From positions 1 through 63,529 of the forward strand of contig JAFAJB010000247.1 in NCBI GenBank assembly GCA_019236395.1: a stretch of 63,529 nucleotides of DNA, given 5' to 3'. Source of the stretch: Cupriavidus sp. (GTDB lineage: Bacteria; Pseudomonadota; Gammaproteobacteria; Burkholderiales; Burkholderiaceae). The translations under genes and the position numbers were made by a program. The notes beneath the pieces were generated by a model. The model was not told the DNA's origin, did not search any database, and worked only from the letters and a program-made list of their open reading frames with translations. Position 1 is the stretch's first letter; the number at the start of each line of letters is the position of its first letter. Positions 51,498 through 60,904 of this stretch are shown one piece after another.

Positions 51498-53467
51498 GCC
51501 CTCTCCGCTTCCTTCCCGAATACCGCGTCGCGCAGCATGTAGCCCGCGGCTAGCAGCCGATCCGAAGCGAGCTCCAGGGCCTGCGCGAGATCGTTGGCGA
51601 GCATCAGCGCGGCGCTATCCTTGATGCTCGCCAGCATGAAGCGCCGCGCATCCCGCAGGAGATCATCGCACCGGCGCTCCGAGCGCAAGACATTCCAGGT
51701 GGCCGCGACAAAAGCATCGCTGTCGGACATGTCGTTGCCGCCCGCAAGGTCCCGCGCAATGGCCAGCGCCTTGATGTGTTCCTGCGTGGCGACCAGCACC
51801 GTGTGCGCAAGACCGCAGATCGTGTCGCGAATGTCTTCGTTCCACCCGCTCTGATGACCATCGGCAATCAGGCTTATCACGAATGCGGCTTCCTCCAGTG
51901 CATCGGCGATGTCATCCGACGACTCGATCACGCGTGCGAACGGCTCCCAGCGCGGCTGGCGTTGCGCTTTCTCCCTTGCACGCGTTACCAACTCGTCGGC
52001 TTCCCGCTCCCAGGTCTTGGCGCGTACGGCAAGATCCTTCGCGAGATCGGCGTGCCCGGCGCCTGACGATGCGTATGAAGTATTCATGACGTCATGTTCC
52101 AGTGCGTCACTGACTGCCTGGGCCAACGCGTGGCAATAGGCGGCATGTTCTTCAAGCAGTTCGAATTCGCTGCTGCGCTGGCGCACGAAGCGCAACAGCA
52201 GCAGGCGCGTCTGGTCCGAGACCTGCGCAACTGGTTTTCCGGAGAGCATGGCCTGGGACGCCAGCCTCATTACGTCCACCAGAAAGCTGTGCGCGTCCGT
52301 TGCACCCAGAACGGCATCCAGGCGGTCACCGATGCGAAAGGCGCGTGCGCCAACGGCTTGCATCGCTCTGTATACGAGATCCTCGCCACCGCACCTCAGC
52401 CACGCCATGTGGCCGAACTCAAGTCGGGCGGCTTCCTGCAGGACACCTACCGCAACGTCCTTGCCTACGAACGGCAGCAGGCGTTTGCGCGCGCGATTCC
52501 AGTCAATCAGGAAGACGATGCGAGACCCGATACCTTCCAATGCCGCGTCGAGCGATTCTTCGTCGACACACTCGAAACGAGCAGTCCCGAAGATGAACGG
52601 CTGCCCATCATTAAGCGAAGGCTCCAGCCTCGATTGCAGCGCATCCCAATGCGCGCCGAACGGCTCCAGCAACGATTGGAAGAACTCGAACCGCAGGCGA
52701 TGCAGGTCCGCGTAACTCACGGTAATCGTCAGTGCCTGGACTTGCACAACCAGTACATGCACATCGTTCGCACCGATATCGTTCTGCAGAAGCAACTTTT
52801 CGCCGTCGCGTGTAGCGGCTGTGCCGAGGCCAGGGTGATCAAGCCTGAGCGGCGCAGTCCTGTTTAGCCCGCGCATGAATGCCGCGATGCGCAGGCGATC
52901 CTCAGGCAGCACCTGCCATGCGTGGGCGCCGTCGATATCCTCGGTTGCGAGCGCGCGCTCCAATTCAGCCAACTGCCTGTGCAGGTCCATGACCAGCAGG
53001 TGCAAGCTGTCGTCGCCATTGGCGCGGGTGCCGGCTGTCAACGCATGCAGTTGTTCGCGGGTAAGACGGTCTCCCTCGATCTTCCCCAGCCAGGCCAGCC
53101 AGTACTGCACGCGTTCGCGCGGCGCACTGTCTTGTGCTTCCAGCACCGGGCGTGCCATCACACCAAGCTCTTCGCCAGCGCGTCTGGCGAAGCGTTGCAG
53201 ATTCGGAATACGCACGGCGCCATCCACCTGCATGGCAGTCGCCGGCATTTCGCTCAGCCATGCGGCATCGCCTTGAGCGGCACCCATCTCGGGCGCCAGG
53301 TCGAGAGCCTGCCGCCCGGGATGTTCCGCGTGTGCAACGGCAGCCTGGACGACGCTCAGGAATAACTTGAGGCGATCATTGGAAGCGAGTGCTGCATGGA
53401 TCCATGCCGGCATCAACAAACTGCGCTTGCCTATTGAGATGACAGCTTCGGCCTTTTGAATCGACAT
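51494..53467 (-). CDS. Large protein with C-terminal PhoU-like/DUF47 helical repeats
   Basis: EREAD...DDIAD and ERRCD...ELASD acidic motifs; ATGA-coupled to the dikinase. Confidence 0.75.
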   Translation of the reverse strand: MSIQKAEAVISIGKRSLLMPAWIHAALASNDRLKLFLSVVQAAVAHAEHPGRQALDLAPEMGAAQGDAAWLSEMPATAMQVDGAVRIPNLQRFARRAGEELGVMARPVLEAQDSAPRERVQYWLAWLGKIEGDRLTREQLHALTAGTRANGDDSLHLLVMDLHRQLAELERALATEDIDGAHAWQVLPEDRLRIAAFMRGLNRTAPLRLDHPGLGTAATRDGEKLLLQNDIGANDVHVLVVQVQALTITVSYADLHRLRFEFFQSLLEPFGAHWDALQSRLEPSLNDGQPFIFGTARFECVDEESLDAALEGIGSRIVFLIDWNRARKRLLPFVGKDVAVGVLQEAARLEFGHMAWLRCGGEDLVYRAMQAVGARAFRIGDRLDAVLGATDAHSFLVDVMRLASQAMLSGKPVAQVSDQTRLLLLRFVRQRSSEFELLEEHAAYCHALAQAVSDALEHDVMNTSYASSGAGHADLAKDLAVRAKTWEREADELVTRAREKAQRQPRWEPFARVIESSDDIADALEEAAFVISLIADGHQSGWNEDIRDTICGLAHTVLVATQEHIKALAIARDLAGGNDMSDSDAFVAATWNVLRSERRCDDLLRDARRFMLASIKDSAALMLANDLAQALELASDRLLAAGYMLRDAVFGKEAERA

Positions 53468-53479
53468 GCTCTAGCGGCA

Positions 53480-53518
53480 GGCGTGGTTATGGCCAATTGG
53501 ATTGGCCATAACCACGCC
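53480..53518. repeat. 18-bp perfect stem with 3-nt loop in the leader of the PhoU-like gene
   Basis: ggcgtggttatggccaat-tgg-attggccataaccacgcc. Confidence 0.85.
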
Positions 53519-53565
53519 AAAAGGGTCGGAACCTGGGAAGTCTAGGTAGCGCCTTGTACCGTGGA

Positions 53566-53579
53566 TTGATTTGAATCAA
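53566..53579. promoter_or_regulatory. FNR box, perfect (TTGAT-TTGA-ATCAA)
   Basis: Exact consensus; TAGACT -10 on the minus strand at 53544-53539. Confidence 0.85.
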
Positions 53580-53597
53580 GCGCCCCGAGAGCGTCCC

Positions 53598-55190
53598 TCA
53601 GAGCCCAGCGTTGCGTCCTTGTTTATGGCTTGGAGCATTTGCGCTTTGCGGGGCTCCTCGCTCGGCAACCAGCGATGAAATTTGCTTGCCCGCCAGTTCA
53701 CCGTAGATGCATGCGTATGCCGCAGCCGAACGTGCCCATCCAAAGTCGCATGCCATGTCCAGTTTGCGAAGTTCCGACCAGCGCCTGGGTTGCGTTTCAT
53801 AGGTCGCTACGCATCGCGACAGCGCGGACCCCATGGCATCGCCGGTGGCATCGTCAAAGATGAAGCCAGTCTGACCTCGACCGAGGCGATCATGCATGCC
53901 TGGATCACGTACGCTGTCGGCAAGGCCACCGACTCGCCGCACGACCGGAACGGTGCCGTAACGCATGGCATACATCTGGGCAAGGCCGCACGGCTCAAAG
54001 CGAGATCCGTGCAGGAGGATGTCACCGGCAGCATGCAGGCAATGCGCGCGCGCTTCGTCATAGCCGACCTGGACAGACATGCGCCCGGGGTAGCGCGCGA
54101 CCATGTTGGAGAAACCGGCTTCCAGCGCTGGCTCGCCGCGCCCATGCAGCGCAAACTGCAGGCGAGGATGGCGCGTCATCATGCCAGGCAACCGATCGAG
54201 CAACACGTCTGCCATCTTCTGCTGCGTCAAGCGGCTGATGAATACCGCCAGCGGTGCCGAAGCGTCAACGTTCAGTCGAAGGCGCTTCTGGGTATCCGCC
54301 TTGCAGCCTTGCTTGCCAGTCAAATCATTTCCAGAATAATTGTGCGACAGGTAAGGATCCGTACCAGGATCCCACCGCTCGGCATCGATGCCATTGAGAA
54401 TGCCGACGAGGTTTGTGCACCTGGCCTGGAACACCCCCTCCATGCCGAAGCCGAACTCGGGCGTGCAGATTTCTTTCGCATAAGTCGGGCTGACGGTTGT
54501 CACCTTGTCAGCGTAGCGCACCCCAGCCTTGAGGAACGAGAAGCGGCCGTAGAACTCGATGCCATCGGGGATCAGTAGTTCCTTGGGCAGGCCAAGCTGA
54601 CTCGCCTGATCGAGCGGGAAGTTGCCCTGGAACGCCGCGTTATGGACGGTGAATACCGTGCGTGGACGGCTATGATCACTCAGCAGTTGCAATAGCAGGG
54701 GTACCAATCCGGCATGCCAGTCGTGCGCATGAACAACGTCCGCGCGCCAGCCGGGTATGGCACGCCCCAAGGCTACCCAAGCCGCCGCGTGGCAAAGGAC
54801 GCCGAAGCGCAACGCATTATCTTCCCATTCGCAACCGTTCGGGTCCTGATAGGGTGTGCCTGGGCGGTCAAACAGCTCCGGGCAGTCGACCAGCCATATC
54901 CGCAGGCCGGAATCCGGCATCGAGCCCTCGACCACACGCACCGAGACACCCGGCAAGAGACATGCAAGATCGGCGATATGTCGCGGCGCGACCAGGCGCG
55001 CCAATGCCTCCGGATAGGCAGGCATCATCAAACGGACGTCAATGCCCAGCCGCGCGATCGCCTTGGGCAGCGCGCCGCACACGTCCGCCAGACCACCTGT
55101 CTTGGCCAAAGGGTAAATCTCCGAAGCGACGAGCAACTGGCGCAAAGTCACGCTGCCATCGTCGCATTGCCGTAGCGTTGCATTCGTCAC
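53598..55190 (-). CDS. glgA: Glycogen synthase
   Basis: KTGGLADV, HAHDWH, SRFEPCGL, GGLADSV. Confidence 0.93.
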   Translation of the reverse strand: MTNATLRQCDDGSVTLRQLLVASEIYPLAKTGGLADVCGALPKAIARLGIDVRLMMPAYPEALARLVAPRHIADLACLLPGVSVRVVEGSMPDSGLRIWLVDCPELFDRPGTPYQDPNGCEWEDNALRFGVLCHAAAWVALGRAIPGWRADVVHAHDWHAGLVPLLLQLLSDHSRPRTVFTVHNAAFQGNFPLDQASQLGLPKELLIPDGIEFYGRFSFLKAGVRYADKVTTVSPTYAKEICTPEFGFGMEGVFQARCTNLVGILNGIDAERWDPGTDPYLSHNYSGNDLTGKQGCKADTQKRLRLNVDASAPLAVFISRLTQQKMADVLLDRLPGMMTRHPRLQFALHGRGEPALEAGFSNMVARYPGRMSVQVGYDEARAHCLHAAGDILLHGSRFEPCGLAQMYAMRYGTVPVVRRVGGLADSVRDPGMHDRLGRGQTGFIFDDATGDAMGSALSRCVATYETQPRRWSELRKLDMACDFGWARSAAAYACIYGELAGKQISSLVAERGAPQSANAPSHKQGRNAGL

Positions 55191-55251
55191 GTCCAGTTCT
55201 CCGCAGTGGCTTGACTCCCCTTACATTCTTGGCGCCAGAAGGGACCCGGAG

Positions 55252-55265
55252 TTGATTGGAGTCAA
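55252..55265. promoter_or_regulatory. FNR box (TTGAT-TGGA-GTCAA) upstream of glgA
   Basis: Matches TTGAY-N4-RTCAA, 62 bp before the start. Confidence 0.75.
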
Positions 55266-55368
55266 GTTCGGTGCGAGCGCTCTCCTTACCCTCGCGACCG
55301 GGGCGGGCGGAAGCGCCAAACAGGCCTTTCCACGTTGCACTATAGTTTTTGCAAGGACGCCCGGGTAT

Positions 55369-55600
55369 TTCCTGGGTCGCGAGTTAGGCGCGCCGCCGGA
55401 TGCGTTCGCGCCCAACGGGCAGCATTGGGGATACCGCCGTGGAGACCGCAGCGGTTGATCGAGTTGAACTACGCGCCGTTCGGCTGGTGATGGTGCGGAT
55501 CGAAGACGTGGTCGGCATGCCTCGGCAAGCAAATCTTCCCGGATTAGGCGACGAGGCAGTTGGCGGAGGGCAGCGAGATCCGTGAACTGGCGTCCGCTTT
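55369..55600 (+). pseudogene. malQ: Internally deleted, frameshifted 4-alpha-glucanotransferase relic
   Basis: GAPPDAFAPNGQHW / IPPWRPQRL...YAPF joined to LVMVRIEDVVG...QANLPG...NWR. Confidence 0.75.
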
Positions 55601-55671
55601 CAGCGCACGTGCGGCTGGACGAGGTGGAAAAGCCTGACCCAGGGTCTTGTACGCCTGTGCGCTTGTGCCGC

Positions 55672-58245
55672 TCAGCGCTGCCATGCGATCCATGCAGATT
55701 CTGCCGGCAGGAACGCTTCGTCGTGCCAGGCGCGTACTCGCGCGGTGTAGTGGTCCGCCGGACGGGAAGCGGGCACGGACGCCGAGTAGATATACCCCTC
55801 GATTGCGCCCGCGATCGGCCCTTCGGAGCGCATCGGCGTCCGCTCGGCGGGCAGCTCGCCATTGGCGGCAGCGTAGAGCTCCACCTTGACTGAATCTGGC
55901 GATATCTCGCCGAGATACACGGGCAGGCTGATGTGCCACCGGTCTGCCTCCCATCGAGCCTCGACCACCCCGAAATGGACCTCGTGCCAATGGGCGGCAA
56001 GCGCCGCATCCCACGCATTCAGTTCCCGCGCCAACCGCGCTCCGCTCTCGCAACGTCGCTGGTATGCGAGTGCCGCGGGTCGATAGAATCCTTCCAGGTA
56101 ATCGACGAACATCCGATTGGTACTGAAATGCGGTGCCAAATGACACATGCTGGCACGCATCCGGCGCACCCATTCGCGTGGAATACCCTGGGCGTCGCGG
56201 GTATAGAACGCGGGTACGACCTCGTCCTCGAGCAGACGATACAAGGATTCCGCATCCCCGTTATCGCCGCCTCCCTCCCCGCCTATGATTGCCCATCCAT
56301 ACTCCGGCTGGTAAGCATCCGCCCACCAGCCGGCCAGCGTCGACAGATTCAGCCCGCCATTGCACAGCGTCTTCATACCGCTCGTCCCACACGCTTCCCA
56401 CGGTCTTCGCGGCGTATTGACCCATACGTCGACACCGTGCAACAGATGCTGCGCAAGCTCCAGATCGTAGTCTTCCAGGAAAACCACGTGTCTGCGAAGT
56501 TCCCCCCGATGCGAAAACTCGAACCACTGCCGAATCAATGCCTTGCCTTCCGCGTCCTCGGGGTGCGCCTTACCTGCGATGATAAGCTGCACGGGACACC
56601 GCGCGTTCATGAGCAGTCTGGTCAGCCGTGCGGGGTCGGCCAACAGCAGATTCGGCCGCTTGTATTCTGCAAAGCGGCGCGCGAGACCAAGTGTCAGAAC
56701 ATTAGGATCGAGTACCTGCGCAGCTTCCGAAACCTCTTGCGGCGAAGCGCCGCGCTGGCCCAACTGTCTTGCCAGACGTTCCCGCGCATAGCGCACCACG
56801 TCATGTCGCTGTCTGGCAGCCAGTGTCCATAGCGCCTCGTCGGCACTCGTGAGCAGGCGCTCGGCCAAACCGTCCACAGCACCTAGCCAACGGTCCTTCC
56901 CGCATGCGCACGTCCAGAAATCATCCGACCAGGCCGAATCCCACGACGGCACGTGCACGCCGTTGGTAACATGGCGCACCGGCACCTCGTCCAGTGGCCA
57001 ACGCGGATAGAGGCCACTGAAGAGCCGCCGGCTGACCTCGGCATGCAGCCGGCTCACGCCATTCGCATTGGCGCATCCGTGCAGGGCGAGATAGGTGGTG
57101 TTGAATGGTTCCGCGTTGTCGTTGGGGTCAAGCCGCCCCAAAGCCAGGAATTCACGCACCGAGATGTTGAAGTCACGGAGGTACTCGCGCACATACCCGT
57201 AGATCAGCGACGGCGGAAATGCGTCGAATCCTGCCGGTACAGGTGTGTGCGTCGTGAACACGTTCCCTGCACGCGTGGCCCACATGGCCTCCCAGAACGA
57301 CACGCTGGTGCGCTGCATGAATCGCCTGGCCCGCTCCAGAACCAGCAGAGCTGCATGGCCCTCATTGAGGTGACACACGTCCACCTCGATCCCGAGCGCT
57401 TCGAGCATGGTCCAGCCACCGATGCCGAGCACCACCTCCTGCAGCAATCGCGTCTCAAGGCCCGCGCCGTACAGCTTGGCCGTGATGCCACGATCCGCAG
57501 CACTGTTGCGCACATCGTTGCAATCGAGCAAGTACAAGCGGGTACGTCCAAGAATCGCCTGCCATACGCGGATGTATAACGCCCGGCCAGGCAGCGCCAG
57601 CTCGACCTTTAGCCAGGCACCGTCCGCGCCGATCACTGGCTGGACCGGCATGCTCGTCGGATCATTGTAGGGATAAGCCTCCCGCTGATCCCCGTTTGCG
57701 TCGATGATCTGGCGAAAGTATCCCTCCTGGTAGAGCAAGCCTATGCCAATCAGTGGGGCACCCAGGTCGCTGGCCGTCTTGAGGTAGTCGCCCGCCAGTA
57801 CGCCGAGGCCACCCGCGTATAGCGGGAATGCATCGGTAAGGCCGAACTCCATACTGAAATAGGCAATCCTGAACGGGCGACTGTTGTTGCTTTGCTTCGC
57901 ATACCACCCAGGTTCACTCAGGTAGCTGGAGCGATTCTCTACCGCGCGTTCGAGATCCTGCAGGAACTGGCTGTCCCGGCCGAGTTCGTCCAGACGGTGT
58001 TGCGGAACGTTCTGCAGAATCACCCATGGATTGTGGCTTCGCTCCCAGAGCTCCGGGTCGACGGATTGCCACAAGGCGTCCAGCGCATGGCTCCAGGCCC
58101 AGCGCAAATCGAGCGCCAGTTCTGTCAGCGCAGACAGCTGTTCCGGCAACGTTCGCGGCAGGAAGGCAAACAAGGGAGTCCCCCGGTACGATGGGTTGGC
58201 TTGCAGCTTCGGGGCGCGGGGATAGGGATTGCGCCGCAGTGCCAC
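55672..58245 (-). CDS. glgP: Alpha-glucan phosphorylase
   Basis: YFSMEFG, GGLGVLAGD, NEGH, EACGTSGMK PLP site. Confidence 0.94.
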   Translation of the reverse strand: MALRRNPYPRAPKLQANPSYRGTPLFAFLPRTLPEQLSALTELALDLRWAWSHALDALWQSVDPELWERSHNPWVILQNVPQHRLDELGRDSQFLQDLERAVENRSSYLSEPGWYAKQSNNSRPFRIAYFSMEFGLTDAFPLYAGGLGVLAGDYLKTASDLGAPLIGIGLLYQEGYFRQIIDANGDQREAYPYNDPTSMPVQPVIGADGAWLKVELALPGRALYIRVWQAILGRTRLYLLDCNDVRNSAADRGITAKLYGAGLETRLLQEVVLGIGGWTMLEALGIEVDVCHLNEGHAALLVLERARRFMQRTSVSFWEAMWATRAGNVFTTHTPVPAGFDAFPPSLIYGYVREYLRDFNISVREFLALGRLDPNDNAEPFNTTYLALHGCANANGVSRLHAEVSRRLFSGLYPRWPLDEVPVRHVTNGVHVPSWDSAWSDDFWTCACGKDRWLGAVDGLAERLLTSADEALWTLAARQRHDVVRYARERLARQLGQRGASPQEVSEAAQVLDPNVLTLGLARRFAEYKRPNLLLADPARLTRLLMNARCPVQLIIAGKAHPEDAEGKALIRQWFEFSHRGELRRHVVFLEDYDLELAQHLLHGVDVWVNTPRRPWEACGTSGMKTLCNGGLNLSTLAGWWADAYQPEYGWAIIGGEGGGDNGDAESLYRLLEDEVVPAFYTRDAQGIPREWVRRMRASMCHLAPHFSTNRMFVDYLEGFYRPAALAYQRRCESGARLARELNAWDAALAAHWHEVHFGVVEARWEADRWHISLPVYLGEISPDSVKVELYAAANGELPAERTPMRSEGPIAGAIEGYIYSASVPASRPADHYTARVRAWHDEAFLPAESAWIAWQR

Positions 58246-58388
58246 TCTTGGAGTCTCTGCAGGCTCGCGGATTCAGTCTTGATCTAGCGCAATTGCCCAA
58301 CTGCTTCGCGTGGCTCACCAACGCAGTGTGAACAGAAGACAGCTTGAGGTTCCCGTGCGTAGTCTTGAACCAGGCCTCGCTCCGAGAA

Positions 58389-58402
58389 CTGATGTGCATC
58401 AA
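58389..58402. promoter_or_regulatory. Near-consensus FNR box (CTGAT-GTGC-ATCAA); weaker site TTGAT-CTAG-CGCAA at 58279-58292
   Basis: In the divergent glgP/DUF3300 gap. Confidence 0.55.
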
Positions 58403-58488
58403 GGGGGGACGGTAAGGTTAGCCCAGTATGGAACGTAGGGGGCGAAGAATGTGCTCCCCCGGGTTCCGCCTTCTCGAGGAGACAGGCA

Positions 58489-59691
58489 ATGATGGCGAGA
58501 TTGGCGAGGCCACTGGCGGTTGCTTTGGCGCTCATCCTGCTGATGGTCACCATGGCGTTCCCCCAAATGGCTGCCCCGGATGACAACTCGCCACAAGAGC
58601 TTGACCAGATGCTGGCACCCATAGCGCTGTATCCGGATCCGCTTGTTTCCCAAATCCTCATGGCCGCCACGTATCCACTCGAGGTGGTTCAGGCCGACCG
58701 CTGGTTGCACGATCCGGCTCATGCCTCCCTCAGCGGAGACCAGCTGACCGAGGCCCTCGTGCCGCTGGCCTGGGATCCGAGCGTGAAGTCTCTTGCGCCG
58801 TTTCCCCAGATTCTGCGCATGATGGACGATAACCTCGAGTGGACCGAGCGCGTCGGCAATGGTTTCCTGGCCAACCAGGCGGCCGTGATGGATTCCATTC
58901 AGCGCCTGCGGGCACGTGCCGAGGCAGCCGGCAAGCTCTCCTCGACGCCGCAGGCCATGGTGTCGGCGGAGGATGGGGCGATAACCATCGAGCCAACCAA
59001 TCCTGGCATGGTCTACGTTCCGGTCTACGATCCCGATCTCGTCTATGGACCATGGCCGTACCCGGATTACCCGCCCTATTACTTTCCCGAGTACTTTGGT
59101 GGTGTCGTCATCGGCGGATTCGGTTATGGCTGGATGGGCTTTGCCATCGTTGCCCCATTGTGGGGCTGGAGTCACTGGGACTGGCACCACCACCGCATCG
59201 ATATTGATCGCGGCCGCGTTGGCCGGATCGACCACCATCGTGAGCCGCCAGGCAACATCTGGGCGCATGACCCTGGCCACCGCCACGGCGTTCCCTATCC
59301 GAGTCCGTCGGTCGGCAGGCGTTTCGGTGGCTCGACTATGCCTCCGGAGGTGCAGCGCGGCTTCCGCGGGTATCCAACAGCGCCAACTACGCCTGCCGGG
59401 TCGGTGATTCGGCCGGTCCCCGTTGCGCCGGCAGCCTCAGGCTTCCAGGAGCGGCCAGCGCCGCCGGCCCCTGCCCGGCAAGCACCAGTCGTCCAACCAC
59501 TGCCAGTGCGTCCCCCATCGCCCCGCTACCCGCCGACGTTCGAGTCCTTCGGGCATGGCGCGGATGTGCGCGGCCAGGCAGATCGAGGGCAGGCCAGTCG
59601 CATGTCCGCCCCGGCATTTCAGCCGAGCGCGCCCGCACCCAGAGGATTCGCACCGCATACGGCCCCTTCTGGTGGCGACAGGAGGCGATGA
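58489..59691 (+). CDS. DUF3300 exported protein with Pro-rich tail
   Basis: Signal peptide, LAPIALYPD-L, WDPSVKSL, VYVPVYDP. Confidence 0.88.
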   Translation: MMARLARPLAVALALILLMVTMAFPQMAAPDDNSPQELDQMLAPIALYPDPLVSQILMAATYPLEVVQADRWLHDPAHASLSGDQLTEALVPLAWDPSVKSLAPFPQILRMMDDNLEWTERVGNGFLANQAAVMDSIQRLRARAEAAGKLSSTPQAMVSAEDGAITIEPTNPGMVYVPVYDPDLVYGPWPYPDYPPYYFPEYFGGVVIGGFGYGWMGFAIVAPLWGWSHWDWHHHRIDIDRGRVGRIDHHREPPGNIWAHDPGHRHGVPYPSPSVGRRFGGSTMPPEVQRGFRGYPTAPTTPAGSVIRPVPVAPAASGFQERPAPPAPARQAPVVQPLPVRPPSPRYPPTFESFGHGADVRGQADRGQASRMSAPAFQPSAPAPRGFAPHTAPSGGDRRR

Positions 59692-60701
59692 TGCCGAGAA
59701 CTGCGAGAGAGAAGTGCGGTGAAGGCTCAACGGGAAATCGAATGGGCAATCGAATTGTCAACCATGGCTGCAGGGCGCAGCGGCGCCACATCAGCGCACT
59801 TCTGGCGGTTTTCCTTGCGTGGACAACGTGTTTCCCATCATGGGCTGGCACCCAGGCACCGCAAGGCTTCAAATCGCCCGAGGAGGCCGCCGAAGCGTTG
59901 GCGGCGGCCTGGCGCAGCGGGAGCACTAGCGCGTTGATCGCGCTCTTCGGCCCGAGTGGCGAGAAGCTTGTCCGTTCGGGCGATCCTGCCGGCGAGCGTG
60001 TCGCCAGAAGCTGGCTCGCTTCTGCATATGACCAGGCGCATCGGATCGAAATCGATGAAGCCGGCAAGGCGGTCCTTATCCTGGGCAAGACTGATTGGCC
60101 GTACCCGATCCCGCTGGTCAGGCAGGGAGCGACCTGGCGCTTCGATGCAAGGGCCGGTGCGCAGCAGATCATCGACCGACGTGTCGGCCATAACGAGACC
60201 CACGCCATCCACGTCTGTCGAACGTACGTCCAGGCCCAGCTCGACTACGGCGCATCGCACCACACTTTTGACGGACAGCGCGAGTTTGCGCAGCGCATCA
60301 CCAGCTCGCCTGGAAAACACGATGGCCTATATTGGGGCGCGTCGGGCCCCGAAGAAGAGAGCCCCCTTGGCCCGCTGATCGCCGCTGCAGATGCCGTGGG
60401 CTATGGCGCGGCGGACGGCGGAACGAAAGCGCCGTTCCATGGCTACCTTTTCCGCATCCTGACGCAGCAGGGAAAGCATGCGCCAGGCGGCAAGCATGAC
60501 TATGTCGTCAATGGGCACATGACCGGCGGCTTCTCCCTGCTTGCCTATCCGGCAAAATTTGGTGCTTCAGGAGTGATGACATTCGTCGTCAACCAGAACG
60601 GCATTGTCTATGAAAAGAACCTCGGGCCCCGTACAGGCGAGATTGCACGCCATATGCAGGCGTACGACCCGGACCGAAGCTGGACGCCTGCCTTACCCTG
60701 A
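59688..60701 (+). CDS. DUF2950 exported protein
   Basis: WPYPIPLV, RRVGHNE, DGLYW, PFHGY, GVMTFVVN. Confidence 0.88.
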   Translation: MMPRTAREKCGEGSTGNRMGNRIVNHGCRAQRRHISALLAVFLAWTTCFPSWAGTQAPQGFKSPEEAAEALAAAWRSGSTSALIALFGPSGEKLVRSGDPAGERVARSWLASAYDQAHRIEIDEAGKAVLILGKTDWPYPIPLVRQGATWRFDARAGAQQIIDRRVGHNETHAIHVCRTYVQAQLDYGASHHTFDGQREFAQRITSSPGKHDGLYWGASGPEEESPLGPLIAAADAVGYGAADGGTKAPFHGYLFRILTQQGKHAPGGKHDYVVNGHMTGGFSLLAYPAKFGASGVMTFVVNQNGIVYEKNLGPRTGEIARHMQAYDPDRSWTPALP

Positions 60702-60730
60702 AATGGTCCCGCGAGCATGCCCCGCTACGC

Positions 60731-60850
60731 TCAGCTCCGGTGCCTATGCACATGCAGCTCGGTTTCCATGTTGCGGTATTCGATGTCCAGACTTCCCATG
60801 TACGCGTGCCGCACGGCGTTGCCGATATCGAGTGCCATGTGCGGGCCGGA
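60731..60850 (-). pseudogene. 3' remnant resembling the C-terminus of a BCAM0308-family protein
   Basis: GPHMALDIGNAVRHAYMGSLDIEY...ELHVHRHR-stop. Confidence 0.5.
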
Positions 60851-60904
60851 TTGCCAGGGGCGGCACGCGGCTGGCCGGGGGCTATCTGGCAGCACGTTCC
60901 ACCC

